Shown one piece after another: positions 11,901 to 20,500 of a stretch of DNA of 55,841 bases. Numbering within the stretch: the first letter of the stretch is position 1; the number at the start of each line of letters is the position of its first letter. Origin of the DNA: a virus. Lineage: Duplodnaviria > Caudoviricetes. The stretch lies in IMG/VR virus record IMGVR_UViG_3300038460_000023, positions 1 through 55,841 of that record; one strand, given 5' to 3'. Both the position numbers and the translations under genes were made by a program. The notes below the pieces were generated by a model that had not been told where the DNA came from, ran no database searches, and worked only from the letters and a program-made list of their open reading frames with translations.

Positions 11901-12150
11901 TGTAGCTGTAAGCCATACTGGCACTGGTGATCGAGTAATGACTTCTCCTGATGGTATAAATTGGACATCCCGAACTAGTGCGGCAGATAATAATTGGCCT
12001 TCAGTCGCCTATGGAAACGGTCTTTTTGTAGCCGTATCTATTACTGGTACAGGAAATCGAGTTATGACCTCCGGAAAACAAGACCTGATTGTAAATCCAG
12101 ATATATACATTAACAGTCAAAGCATCTTACAAAATCAAATTTTTTCATAA
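5932..12150 (+). CDS. Large tail fibre/adhesin (2072 aa)
   Basis: PTTxxGYGIT fibre repeats, a beta-helix-like segment, YadA-head-like NTAVGxxAL repeats, and C-terminal ~43-aa WTSRTSAADN..YGNGLFVAVS propeller repeats. Confidence 0.85.
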   Translation: MITLSFSTVFDVVQRKFKIQDTSNYSGQGVSLANVKGVIKMTSPRGVIYDNTNYLAPDVNPSVSLSSGYINLPVNALGFVLAGVYTVDYHVLYSVDGSISTISHTYSYSFIVPAIDITQTADGYNSVFSSVDSSVYGSYASISRTHIVTPPVGSPLSVVSNSNQTISYAPNIWSGIWTSQITTVLTYVMGDGLIINATLTATKTVTAYLNDMNVIRGYIENFKILFDQARASNKELAYRIEISLTKINTAYSEYDLALFYNDLLTAYLRTVDIVKELSDYVTITFPAQIIPFVNNTGGSSHPPVSISSPPYGVSINSSQVLTFSLATTSSGGMLTALSGNVTDYLGGDGNFHAFSSSGYALKSDFTDYASVTAITGANITNWQTAFGWGNHASAGYALAANVYTKTNLQTSGQASVHWGNITNHPTTISGYGITDAMVGNSPITGATHTKISYDSKGLVTGGVDLSASDIPALPWSKITSGIPTTIAGYGITNAYTKTEVDNKTWLWSAITSTPTTILGYGITNVYTKTEVDAKTWVWSVITSTPTTLAGYGITDALSTSSPAASVINTGTGSQFLADDGTYKPITLSAGLDTQVVYINGTVPSGDTNLLFDNVNKRLTVDQIVSITHYVENLTTYISKDVSNNMVFTDAISGSVTLASLISGATNFWASMSGGIYYSGFVGVNSPLTLDEALTVNGNIEATYFNSSYLRYKNGNLLLGPNAGDNETGNDKLYIHNTNTSTPLIYGEFSNRLLTFNADLTFPTSHRVLFRSAVNSIMADSSNNITFQDGVANTGSPVKLVQLMDGTYSALKSDFTDYAAVISITAGNKTTWNKASVIVTGGAGNQYLADDGTYQTIPFAPFTDDFAKFDTTNINYRFYTDKTEAGGVSSAGKLYKGTTDPTATNRVNYDGYFYATAIYSNGSLVNTHAEVTIGTANGLSIATGQVLSLGLSSSSTNGALSSTDWSTFNTKYSGLPSQTGHNGNYLTTNGTTESWVAIADGILQWTGASYTPFTSQVSGSFDSSTTDPIHTTRLNYDGDFWVNKSSYKEADWIGGNVIYVPIDGDIQTYVNNAVAGDTLILASGEYTITSGITINKALNIVGQGNAGYYTIPSAAGHGTLIQSSSISGLLCFSIQSTNVRLAHLSINLTGGDSTGITTSNNLDGIVLTNVDVIVNCSGLAQGIMLYGSNAVLRNITFYVISADSDAIGLYFYNNTLTTGPSVCDCFSVTGIVQSGTGGDNGWCFYADNSNCSQTLTLNLSTSVCKALPGGATTNIAVASTSSVTNNSIVNAYFCTLEGADYDAYQTGTNQLNVGGSVLVNDLIFGTITYRARMTANNLTTSVLKTSGSTQNDGYFYTGTVVPIHTTRLNYDGDLYVKDLYSSGFVNINTNGDAISINTFKASGLAGNNFFIGNGGASASGTGSQGSYNLGIGTGALLSVTTGHDNVAVGYQALSSATTAFYSTAIGVGALKSLTTFSYSTAVGYHAAYNVSTGGSTVAVGYEALLTNISGSYNTAVGTWALRATTNGNNTAVGYSAMLVSDGSNNVSIGSNSMLAHISGSSNVAVGFQALKGLITGSASVAIGNNALLVSTAGGNTAVGSQSLTANTTGSDNVGLGVLSLFSNTTGAGNLGIGTNALHDNITSGANVALGINSLYSITGNDNVAIGYNSGRWITGGSTANITSTTSVYIGSSTKALVDGGVNEIVIGYNAVGNGSNSFTFGTSVIVKSILYGNVGIGIVPGTGSEKLEVAGNIISKGIVWTSRTSAVDNDWRSVAYGNGLFVAVSSSGTGNRVMTSPDGINWTSRTSAADNNWESVAYGNGIFVAVSDSGTGNRIMISLDGISWASRTSAVDNNWNSVAYGGGIFVAVSSTGTGNRVMTSSDGVNWVSRTSAADNGWLSVTYGNGLFVAVSQDGTGNRVMSSPDGITWTSRTSAADNIWNSVTYGNGLFVAVSSSGTGNRVMTSPNGITWTSRTDSVGNNWASITYGNRLFVAVSHTGTGDRVMTSPDGINWTSRTSAADNNWPSVAYGNGLFVAVSITGTGNRVMTSGKQDLIVNPDIYINSQSILQNQIFS

Positions 12151-12509
12151 TGTCTATATACACAAAAAAAATATTAAGTGGATCCACGGACGGGAAAGGG
12201 GTTAAAGTAGTGGCTACGGCAACTCCTGGAACTACGATTCATACCGGCCCTACCAATACAACAACTTTGCAGGAAATATGGCTATGGGCTCAAAATAATC
12301 ATACGGCTGATGTTATATTGACAGTTGAATTTGGAGACGCTACGGCTCCCGACCATAATATAATCACATCTGTATCTTCTAAGGCAGGGTTATCATTAAT
12401 ATGTCCAGGATTGATTATTCAGGGCAATGCAACCGCGCTTACTATAAAAGCTTTTGCTGCGACTACTAATGTCATAAGTATAATCGGATTTGTCAATGAA
12501 ATAGCATAA
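12150..12509 (+). CDS. Small tail-fibre-associated beta protein
   Basis: Coupled to the fibre stop. The LSGSTDGKGVKV...IIGFVNEI pattern is typical of small phage tail accessory proteins. Confidence 0.6.
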   Translation: MSIYTKKILSGSTDGKGVKVVATATPGTTIHTGPTNTTTLQEIWLWAQNNHTADVILTVEFGDATAPDHNIITSVSSKAGLSLICPGLIIQGNATALTIKAFAATTNVISIIGFVNEIA

Positions 12510-14143
12510 TGAGTCACAATATTTTCAGGAATAGGAGAGAGTTAGGGCCACTGGTCAATCCTGGTCAGTTGTTAGCGACTGATTATAGGAGAAATGTGCC
12601 TGTTCTTGAAAAGCCAATATTGACATTTCAAACAAATTCTCCATCTACTAAAACATTTGACCCTGCATTTACAGTAAGCTCCAGAACGCTTAGATGGTCA
12701 TTAGGAGACGGTAGTACTATAAAATCAAATGCGTTTTCATATACATATGCCGATTCGTTAACTAAGAATGTAAAAGTATTCAAAGGAACAACTATTGGAT
12801 CTTTAGCTATATTGACTATAGATATGTCTGATGATAATATCATCGGCATTTTAAACATATCATTATTATCTAATTTTGGAGATAATTTTCGGGTTCAGTC
12901 TAATCCACTTTTAACTTCGATAGTAAATCCTATTTCGTCTCAGTTATTTAATAATTACTTTGCTTATTCTTGTAATTTAACAGGAACTTTAGACGTTTCA
13001 ACATTAGCTGGATTCGGAGGAGATTTTCAGGTTTATTCCAATCCTCTTTTAACCTCAATAATAAATCCAACTTCATCTCGACTATTTACTACATACGCGG
13101 CATATTATTGCAATCTAACTGGAACTTTAGACGTTTCGGGATTGACTGGACTTAGGAATAATTTTCAAGTTCATTTAAATCCTCTTCTGACTTCAATAAT
13201 AAATCCAGTTTCATCTCAAACATTTAATTCATATTGGGCATTTTCTTGCAATCTAACTGGAATTTTAGATGTTTCGGGATTAACCGGACTTGGCAGTGAT
13301 TTTAGAGTCCAGTCTAATGCTCATCTAACCTCAATAGTAAATCCAGCTTCATCTAAGGTGTTTAGTGTCTATTGGGTATATTCTTGTAATTTAACTGGAA
13401 CTTTAAGTGTTTCAAATTTAACTGGATTAGGAGGTGATTTTAGGGTTTATTCTAATTCACTTTTAACCTCAATAGTCAATCCAACTTCATCTCAAATATT
13501 TACTGTATATCACGCTTACTCTTGTAATCTAACCGGAACTTTGGATGTATCAGGTTTGTCTAATTTGGGAGGTAGTTTTCAGGTTCATCTCAACCCCCTT
13601 TTAACTTCAATAGCAAATCCAAATTCATCTCAAACATTTAATTCATATTGGGCTTACTCTTGTAATTTAACTGGGGCTTTGGATGTATCAGGTTTGTCTA
13701 ATTTGGGAGGTAGTTTTCAGGTTCATTTCAACCCCCTTTTAACTTCAATAGCAAATCCAAATTCATCTCAAACATTTAATTCATATTGGGCGTATTCTTG
13801 CAATCTAACTGGGGCTTTGGATGTATCAGGTTTGTCTAATTTGGGAGGTAGCTTTCAGGTTCATTCTAGCTCTCTTTTGACTGCAATAACTCTTCCAACT
13901 ATAAATAGGCAATTTACTACATTTAATGCCGGAAGTTGCGCCTTAAACTTAGCTACCGTGAATGATATATTAGCTAAATTAAATACATGGTTTTCGGCAA
14001 ATACGCCAACGTCTAATTTAACCGTAACGCTAAATGGAGGGACTAATTCTTCACCAACTGGCGGAACTAGTAATACGGATATAGTTAATTTGCAGTCAAT
14101 ATTTGGAGCAGCGGGAAAGACTTTATTTATATTTGTTAATTAA
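12509..14143 (+). CDS. LRR-like repeat protein, putative receptor-binding/virion protein
   Basis: About 7 copies of a 46-aa repeat (CNLTGTLDVSGLxxLGGxFxVxxNPLLTSIxNP). Confidence 0.75.
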   Translation: MSHNIFRNRRELGPLVNPGQLLATDYRRNVPVLEKPILTFQTNSPSTKTFDPAFTVSSRTLRWSLGDGSTIKSNAFSYTYADSLTKNVKVFKGTTIGSLAILTIDMSDDNIIGILNISLLSNFGDNFRVQSNPLLTSIVNPISSQLFNNYFAYSCNLTGTLDVSTLAGFGGDFQVYSNPLLTSIINPTSSRLFTTYAAYYCNLTGTLDVSGLTGLRNNFQVHLNPLLTSIINPVSSQTFNSYWAFSCNLTGILDVSGLTGLGSDFRVQSNAHLTSIVNPASSKVFSVYWVYSCNLTGTLSVSNLTGLGGDFRVYSNSLLTSIVNPTSSQIFTVYHAYSCNLTGTLDVSGLSNLGGSFQVHLNPLLTSIANPNSSQTFNSYWAYSCNLTGALDVSGLSNLGGSFQVHFNPLLTSIANPNSSQTFNSYWAYSCNLTGALDVSGLSNLGGSFQVHSSSLLTAITLPTINRQFTTFNAGSCALNLATVNDILAKLNTWFSANTPTSNLTVTLNGGTNSSPTGGTSNTDIVNLQSIFGAAGKTLFIFVN

Positions 14144-14153
14144 AATTAAAATT

Positions 14154-14396
14154 ATGATTGGAATACAAATTTTCGCAACAACTACTCCAACTTATTTCGC
14201 GGTAGTAAAAGAGGACGAAACTCCTAAGGTAGTGGAGGGTTTTTTTAATGTTCAAGGAACCAGCGGGGGCGTATCTAGTACTAGTACAGCTCTTCCCAAT
14301 AGATTTACTATGGTATCTACCAACAAGCAATTTATAGTAGATTACATAACTTCTGTAGGAGCTGTTTATGGTGAAGGGGTAGAGGAGCCAGCTTGA
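14154..14396 (+). CDS. Hypothetical tail-associated protein
   Basis: ATG at 14154 after an A-rich leader (the ORF track starts it at 14103). Confidence 0.55.
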   Translation: MIGIQIFATTTPTYFAVVKEDETPKVVEGFFNVQGTSGGVSSTSTALPNRFTMVSTNKQFIVDYITSVGAVYGEGVEEPA

Positions 14397-14397
14397 T

Positions 14398-14691
14398 ATG
14401 AATAGCCTTGATACTATAAAATCTAATGTTCAAGTTGTCGAGGACAATTTAGGCTTAGTCGTTAACGATATTAACGCGTATCAAACTTATAGAAAAAAGC
14501 AAGATTTGGAAAATGTATTATTGTCTCTTGCTATTTTCTATGAAAATAATATTCCCACCGAAAATGTAAGTCTTAATCTGAATGTAAAAGTACAGGAAGT
14601 ATATACCAGTGATGGTTTAACCAGAATACATCTTGCGTTTGTTCATGCAGCCAAAGTATTTACATTAATATGCTCTGACGGATTGTCTTAA
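14398..14691 (+). CDS. Hypothetical protein
   Basis: 97-aa ORF in the same operon. Confidence 0.55.
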   Translation: MNSLDTIKSNVQVVEDNLGLVVNDINAYQTYRKKQDLENVLLSLAIFYENNIPTENVSLNLNVKVQEVYTSDGLTRIHLAFVHAAKVFTLICSDGLS

Positions 14692-14692
14692 T

Positions 14693-14728
14693 TATAAAAT
14701 AGCCATTGAAATATATGGCTATTTTATA
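14693..14728. terminator. Long hairpin, probable terminator
   Basis: 14-bp stem TATAAAATAGCCAT / ATGGCTATTTTATA; followed by a TAAATTTG promoter box at 14742-14749. Confidence 0.55.
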
Positions 14729-14753
14729 GTTTATATTTTTGTAAATTTGCAGT

Positions 14754-15440
14754 ATGAATCTGAAGGAAATATTACATAGCGTATCTTCTACTTTAAATCA
14801 GGTTGATCCTAATTTAATGTTTGGGATTGACAGGTTTAATCTATTCTTAAAACTTGCGAATTACGATTACTTTAAGCTATGGTGTGGCCTTCCCGAACAA
14901 TGGCAACCGGGACAGCCAGTAACTTCTCGCGGATGGCAGGTAGCGGCTCAAAATACTGAAGCATTAAAGACATTTATAGTTCCATTCCAAAATTATACAG
15001 TAGATGCAGGTGGACACCTGTCATACCCATCTGGATTTGTTCATTTAAGCCGCATAGGGTACTTTAATTCAGTTACAAGTAGGCAGCGTCCAGTTGAAAT
15101 ATTAACGCATGAAGAGGCTGACGACAGAATAAGTAATTACATAGTCGTTCCTGAAAAAGAGTATCCAGTTGCCATATACGAAAATACATACATTCAATTT
15201 TACCCCATAGATTTATTGAATGTAAGTATGTCATATTTAAGATTGCCTGTAACGCCAATTTACGCCATAAAACAAGAAAATGGGATAGATGTTTACGACG
15301 ATGTTAATTCTATAGAATTAGAGTGGCCCGAACAATACCACGCGGATATAGTAAGAATGCTTATTGGGTACTTATCTCCGCCATCAAAAGATATGAATCT
15401 GTCCAATTATATAGAAACTAAAAAAGCGCAAGGAGTATAA
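14754..15440 (+). CDS. Tail ring/adaptor protein (crAss-like), paralogue 1
   Basis: YLRLP..P.Y...ELEWP motif; first of four ~200-250 aa genes before the muzzle gene. Confidence 0.6.
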   Translation: MNLKEILHSVSSTLNQVDPNLMFGIDRFNLFLKLANYDYFKLWCGLPEQWQPGQPVTSRGWQVAAQNTEALKTFIVPFQNYTVDAGGHLSYPSGFVHLSRIGYFNSVTSRQRPVEILTHEEADDRISNYIVVPEKEYPVAIYENTYIQFYPIDLLNVSMSYLRLPVTPIYAIKQENGIDVYDDVNSIELEWPEQYHADIVRMLIGYLSPPSKDMNLSNYIETKKAQGV

Positions 15441-15443
15441 ATC

Positions 15444-16193
15444 ATGACACTGAATCAGATATTAAAATACGTCAATTATATATGTGTTAAAGAGAACTCC
15501 GGAAGTACTCTTAAGCCAGATCAGTTGAATTTTATATTTCCTGCGTCCAATACCAATATGTTTAATAGGAAGGTTCAAGAGGCTCAATTATTAGCCATTC
15601 AGTCTAAGATGCCTTTTAACAAGACTCTTTATGAACATATGGCATTGAGAGAGTTTCACGTAAGAGAAAATATAACTTTTACAACCGGGTCTTTCGATAT
15701 GACAACCTTGGTAAATAGCTACGCATATTGGTTGTCGATGATAGCATTATACAACGGGGCTTATCGCGAAATAGAGATACTTACCGACAGGGATTTGACT
15801 ATTCGTAGAACAAATCTAATGGCCCCTCAATTGGAAGACTATCCAGCGGCTATGATACTTGGGACTTTAATTAAAGTCTACCCTTTAAATATCACTACCG
15901 CCGAATTTGTATTTATGAAAAATCCGGCGATTCCTGTTTTTGATTATTACTTTGATGCAAATTTTAACTTGATATATCTTGCTGTAGGCGCAACCCATTT
16001 GTTGACAACTGGAGAAGTTGGTTCAGCGGGGCAGACAGCGGGTACTACCGTAACATCAAATACAGTGGAATTGGAGTGGAATCCTTTATGGCATGTAGAA
16101 TTTTGTAATGAAGTATTGCAAAAGGTTGGTATACAGCTTAAAGACGAGCAGGTAAGGGCCTATGTTCGCGAAGTAGAAGGGAGGCAATCTTGA
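15444..16193 (+). CDS. Tail ring/adaptor protein, paralogue 2
   Basis: Resembles 14754-15440 (EILT, YP.A, YP, K.P..P, ELEW). Confidence 0.6.
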   Translation: MTLNQILKYVNYICVKENSGSTLKPDQLNFIFPASNTNMFNRKVQEAQLLAIQSKMPFNKTLYEHMALREFHVRENITFTTGSFDMTTLVNSYAYWLSMIALYNGAYREIEILTDRDLTIRRTNLMAPQLEDYPAAMILGTLIKVYPLNITTAEFVFMKNPAIPVFDYYFDANFNLIYLAVGATHLLTTGEVGSAGQTAGTTVTSNTVELEWNPLWHVEFCNEVLQKVGIQLKDEQVRAYVREVEGRQS

Positions 16194-16795
16194 TTAAAGC
16201 GAAATTTATCGAGTTAATTAGAATTAATATTTTTGGCGGAAAAGAAACTGTCGATAGACTACATCTTGCCGATCCTCGTCGAGTTGAACTTGATATAGCC
16301 GCAGCCTTAAATACTATTTTTTTTAAGACATTCAAAAAGGATCCAAGCAACTTGGATAGATACTCAAAACCTTACTTAAACGTGGCGGTAGCTTATGAAG
16401 CTTCAACTCAGACATACTATTCAATATTGCCGGCAAAAGTCATTCAATATCCGATATGTGGCGATGGAATATGGAATATAAATACGATGACTGGAAGAGA
16501 CGTCTCATTTGTCCCAATTCAGATGAATGAGCGGGAGCTTATGTTTGAATCAGAATTTGGGAATATTGATGATGTTATAGGGTATTCACTCAGTGGAAGT
16601 CGGGTAGACTATTTTAATTTTGACCCTATAATCACAGCGGTTAAAATGGACTTAGTAGTTGATTTTACCGAGTGGAATTTGGATGAAGACGTCCCGATAC
16701 CCAGTGGCCAAGATTTAGAGGTTATTAATATCATACGTCAAATGTACGCATTAAAACCTATCGATAAGTTAAATAACCAAAATGAAGCAGCCTAA
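16190..16795 (+). CDS. Tail ring-like structural protein
   Basis: Size and synteny; overlapping TTG start. Confidence 0.5.
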   Translation: MIKAKFIELIRINIFGGKETVDRLHLADPRRVELDIAAALNTIFFKTFKKDPSNLDRYSKPYLNVAVAYEASTQTYYSILPAKVIQYPICGDGIWNINTMTGRDVSFVPIQMNERELMFESEFGNIDDVIGYSLSGSRVDYFNFDPIITAVKMDLVVDFTEWNLDEDVPIPSGQDLEVINIIRQMYALKPIDKLNNQNEAA

Positions 16796-17502
16796 TGGAT
16801 ACGCCCGGATACAGAACGCTTAAGCAAATCGTGAAGGATATTCATTTTGAAGGTGGATATGGAATGGAAGACTGGAAATATTTGGGACAGTTTGCGCTTA
16901 ATGCTATTCGAGATATCCATATGTTTCATACAAAAAAAACAAAAGTCGTCAAGGTTGTAGTAGACCCTTCTACTAATACTATTGACTGGCCCGACGATTA
17001 TATTGGACTATGCTTTCTTGGAGTACCCCGAAATGGGCAGTTATGGACTCTTACAAGGGATAATAATTTAATCACGACAACTACGCTTGTTAATGGACAA
17101 GAAACTTTAACGCCATCACAAGGAGAAGGTGTAATTCCTCTGGAAGGCCAAATAGTAGGGTACGGAACTAAGGGCGGAAAGAATGATTTTTATTATACCG
17201 AAGATGAGGCAAACAGAAGATTTTTCATAATAGGAGCGAATCCCGCAAATGTACTGCTCGGTTATATGAGTTCAGGCGTAACGGACAAGGACACTGTTAT
17301 CCCTATAAGATTTAAAGAGGCCATTATTAATTTTTCAAGATGGAAACTTAAGCTAAGGGAGCCGATTGACTATAAGGGGGCTGATTATTTTAAAGATTTA
17401 TACGAGCAGGAAGTTAATAAATTGGTTGCTTTCGAAGGTCCGACTCTTGATGAAGTTTACGATGCATTGTTGTCTGAGTATTCAGGAACTTATAACCGGT
17501 AA
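16795..17502 (+). CDS. Tail ring-like structural protein
   Basis: IDWPDDY motif and IP..FKEAI..F..W motif resemble crAss-like ring proteins. Confidence 0.55.
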   Translation: MDTPGYRTLKQIVKDIHFEGGYGMEDWKYLGQFALNAIRDIHMFHTKKTKVVKVVVDPSTNTIDWPDDYIGLCFLGVPRNGQLWTLTRDNNLITTTTLVNGQETLTPSQGEGVIPLEGQIVGYGTKGGKNDFYYTEDEANRRFFIIGANPANVLLGYMSSGVTDKDTVIPIRFKEAIINFSRWKLKLREPIDYKGADYFKDLYEQEVNKLVAFEGPTLDEVYDALLSEYSGTYNR

Positions 17503-20500
17503 TGGAAAAAGACGTAAAAATATTTGGAGACTCATATTTAGATACCGATACTGATCCTAAATTAAATAAAGGTTCGGATTATATCTTAAATACCATAATC
17601 CAGTCTGATGGCAGGTTTGGCGTTGCTGTAAATACTAAGGGTAATGAAAAGGTTATCGATTTAACATCAAGTTATAATTCCGATCCCGTACCTCCGACGG
17701 TAGTTGGGTCGTGCCGAGACGAAGCTAGAAATAGAATTATATTTTTTGTCAAAAGTAATTATTCGAATAATTCTATTTGGTACTATGATGTAGCGGCCAA
17801 TACTTCTGACTATATTATATTTCAAAGTTTTCTTATACTCGGTAGTTATATTGTCGCAAATGTAATAGGTGATTTACTTTTATGGACTGATGGTACAAGT
17901 GAGCCTAAAAAGATAAATTATATCAGAGCTTATAATTATAGTCATGGGATATCTACTAGTTACAAGTACTTAACCATGTCTGATTATGTCATAGAAGCGT
18001 ATAAAAGGCCACCATCTTATAGACCTAGTGTTGGTGCCGGATTTTCGATATATGCTAAAAAGGTTATTAGAAATAAAATATACCAATTTGCATATAGGTA
18101 TATATACGATGATTATGAAAAAAGCGTGCTGTCTCCTTTTTCTGATGTATTATTTACGGACTATAATACTTTTCCAGATGGAAGTGGAACAAACTATTCT
18201 AGCGCATATGTGGTTTTTGTACGTATGAAGCTATTTGAACTTGTAAATGGAGCCTCGACTGATATTGATTCTATTGAATTATTTGTCCGGAATAGTGATT
18301 TCGGAAATTGGTATTTATATGATAAAATAAGTAATCCAAAAACAAATACATTTAGTTTTACATATTTTTCATTAGGATCTTATAATAATGGGGCTGAGGA
18401 CATAAGCGATGTCAGAGGATCCGTATCTAAAGATATGTATGATTCTATTCCCGTAGGAATGCAGATAACCTATAATTCAAATACGTATACCGTAGGTGAA
18501 AAATTAACGTCTGGATCTAACTATGTATTAGGTATAAGTCCTGTAATAGCTGAAATAAGTAGTTTTGTAGACTTAGGCCAAGTCGCTTCTCAATGGAGGG
18601 CCATGACAGCTAGGGGCAATAATATATATGCATGTATAACAGGAAGTGATATATGCATGCAGACTAATGGAACTGGAAGTTTTATTGGACTAAGTCAGAC
18701 TTTTAGAAACTGGGTTGGCATGACAACTACAGTCAGTGGCAATGTGTACGCATCCGTTCAGAGCGGAGGGGATATATATAAGCAAACAGCCGGAACCGGT
18801 AATTTTATTGCATTAGGTCAGACAGCAAGAAATTGGAGAGGCATGGCCGCTACTCCATCCGGAAATGTGTATGCATGTGTAGCGGCCGGAGATATTTATA
18901 AGCAAACATCGGGAACCGGAAATTTCATAGCATTAGGCCAAACAAGTAGAAGTTGGGAGGGAATGACATGTGACCCTTCTGGGAATGTATACGCTTGCGT
19001 ATTTGGGGGAGATGTATATAAACAAACTTCAGGTTCCGGGAATTTCGTAGCTCTAGGCCAGACTTCAAGGAATTGGGAAGGAATGACATGTGATTCATTC
19101 GGGAACGTATATGCATGCGTTGAAGGAGGTGGAATATATATTCAATTTGCAGGATCTGGAAATTTCATAGATCAAGGGCAAACTTCTAGGTTATGGGAGG
19201 GAATGGCGGTAGCGGCTAATGGAAGTATTTACGCTTGCGTTTATAACGGAAGCATATATAAGAAATCAGTTCCTTCAGCCCCTTACACATTTTCCCTTAC
19301 CGAATTTATAAGCTATGTATTTCTGGACGATAAGGTAAAGCAAAATGTAGATCAAGATGATTTAGCAAGACCGTATGATTTTTTGCCAAAATTAGCCGGA
19401 ACACAGGAGTTAATAGAGAAGGATAGAATTATTTACGGGGATATAACGGAAGGTTTTGATCATACATTGTTAGACATATCCACCACTGTAAATAGGAATT
19501 TAGCTACATTTACTGCTGAAGGTTCTTCCATGATCGTGTCTTTAGCTTCAGATGGATGGAGAGTTAGATGGCCTTCATATCCTATAAATACTTTTTATGC
19601 CATAATATTAAGTGTAGCTAGTACAGACTACGGTAGTGAAGATCTAACATTTAAGGCTTTTAATATTACGGTATATTATGTGTCAAAACCTGGAGATACT
19701 GAACAATCTATATTAAAAGCCTTAGCCCTGAATATAAAATATAGAATTAGGAAGCTTATAACAAATAGACTAGACTGGACAGATCCTAGTGTTAAACACA
19801 ATACGAGTCCTGCATATTATTATATATCTGTAGGTATTGAAGTAGATCAAGGCCCAAGTAGTTCTACAATTCCATATTTTATAACTATTCCGATTGGGTA
19901 TACTTCGGGACTGAATAGTACTTATAAAACGATGAGAAATGAAGATTATTATCTCGGAGGAATACGGTATTATGATAAAAATCTAAGATATTCATCTGTA
20001 AATAAATTCAATACTCCTATTAGAGTTGAAGACATGTATGGTCAAAGTTATTATTACGATCTAACATGTAGTATTAGGAATAAGCCTCCTGAATATGCAT
20101 ATTTTTATGCTTTAGTATTCACTAAGAGGATAATTATAAATAGCTATATAAAATTACTTGTGAGGGCCACTGAGTACGCAGGTACCGTAGCTTCTGGGTA
20201 TGCATATTTTGATGAAATTGATAATTATTTAAGAATACAAGTTAATAGACTTATAAACGATAGTCGAGAAATTGATACCAATTTAAAAATAAATAATTAT
20301 GTTTTTACGGAGGGAGATAGAATTAAGATACATAGTGGCGATATTAGTTCATTTAATTATGATTTCTTAATTAAGGGTACTGAGTATCCGGAAGTAGATA
20401 GCCAATATGAGAAAGATTACGCCACAACACCATCATATATAACGGATTCAAGTGGAAATAAAGTTAGCGCTCCGTATAGTCAAGTTGTTATAGTTCAAAT

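Noticed and set aside
11205-14143. Diversity-generating retroelement TR/VR pair
   Set aside because: The repeats are in-frame tandem protein repeats without adenine-specific differences, and no reverse transcriptase is present.
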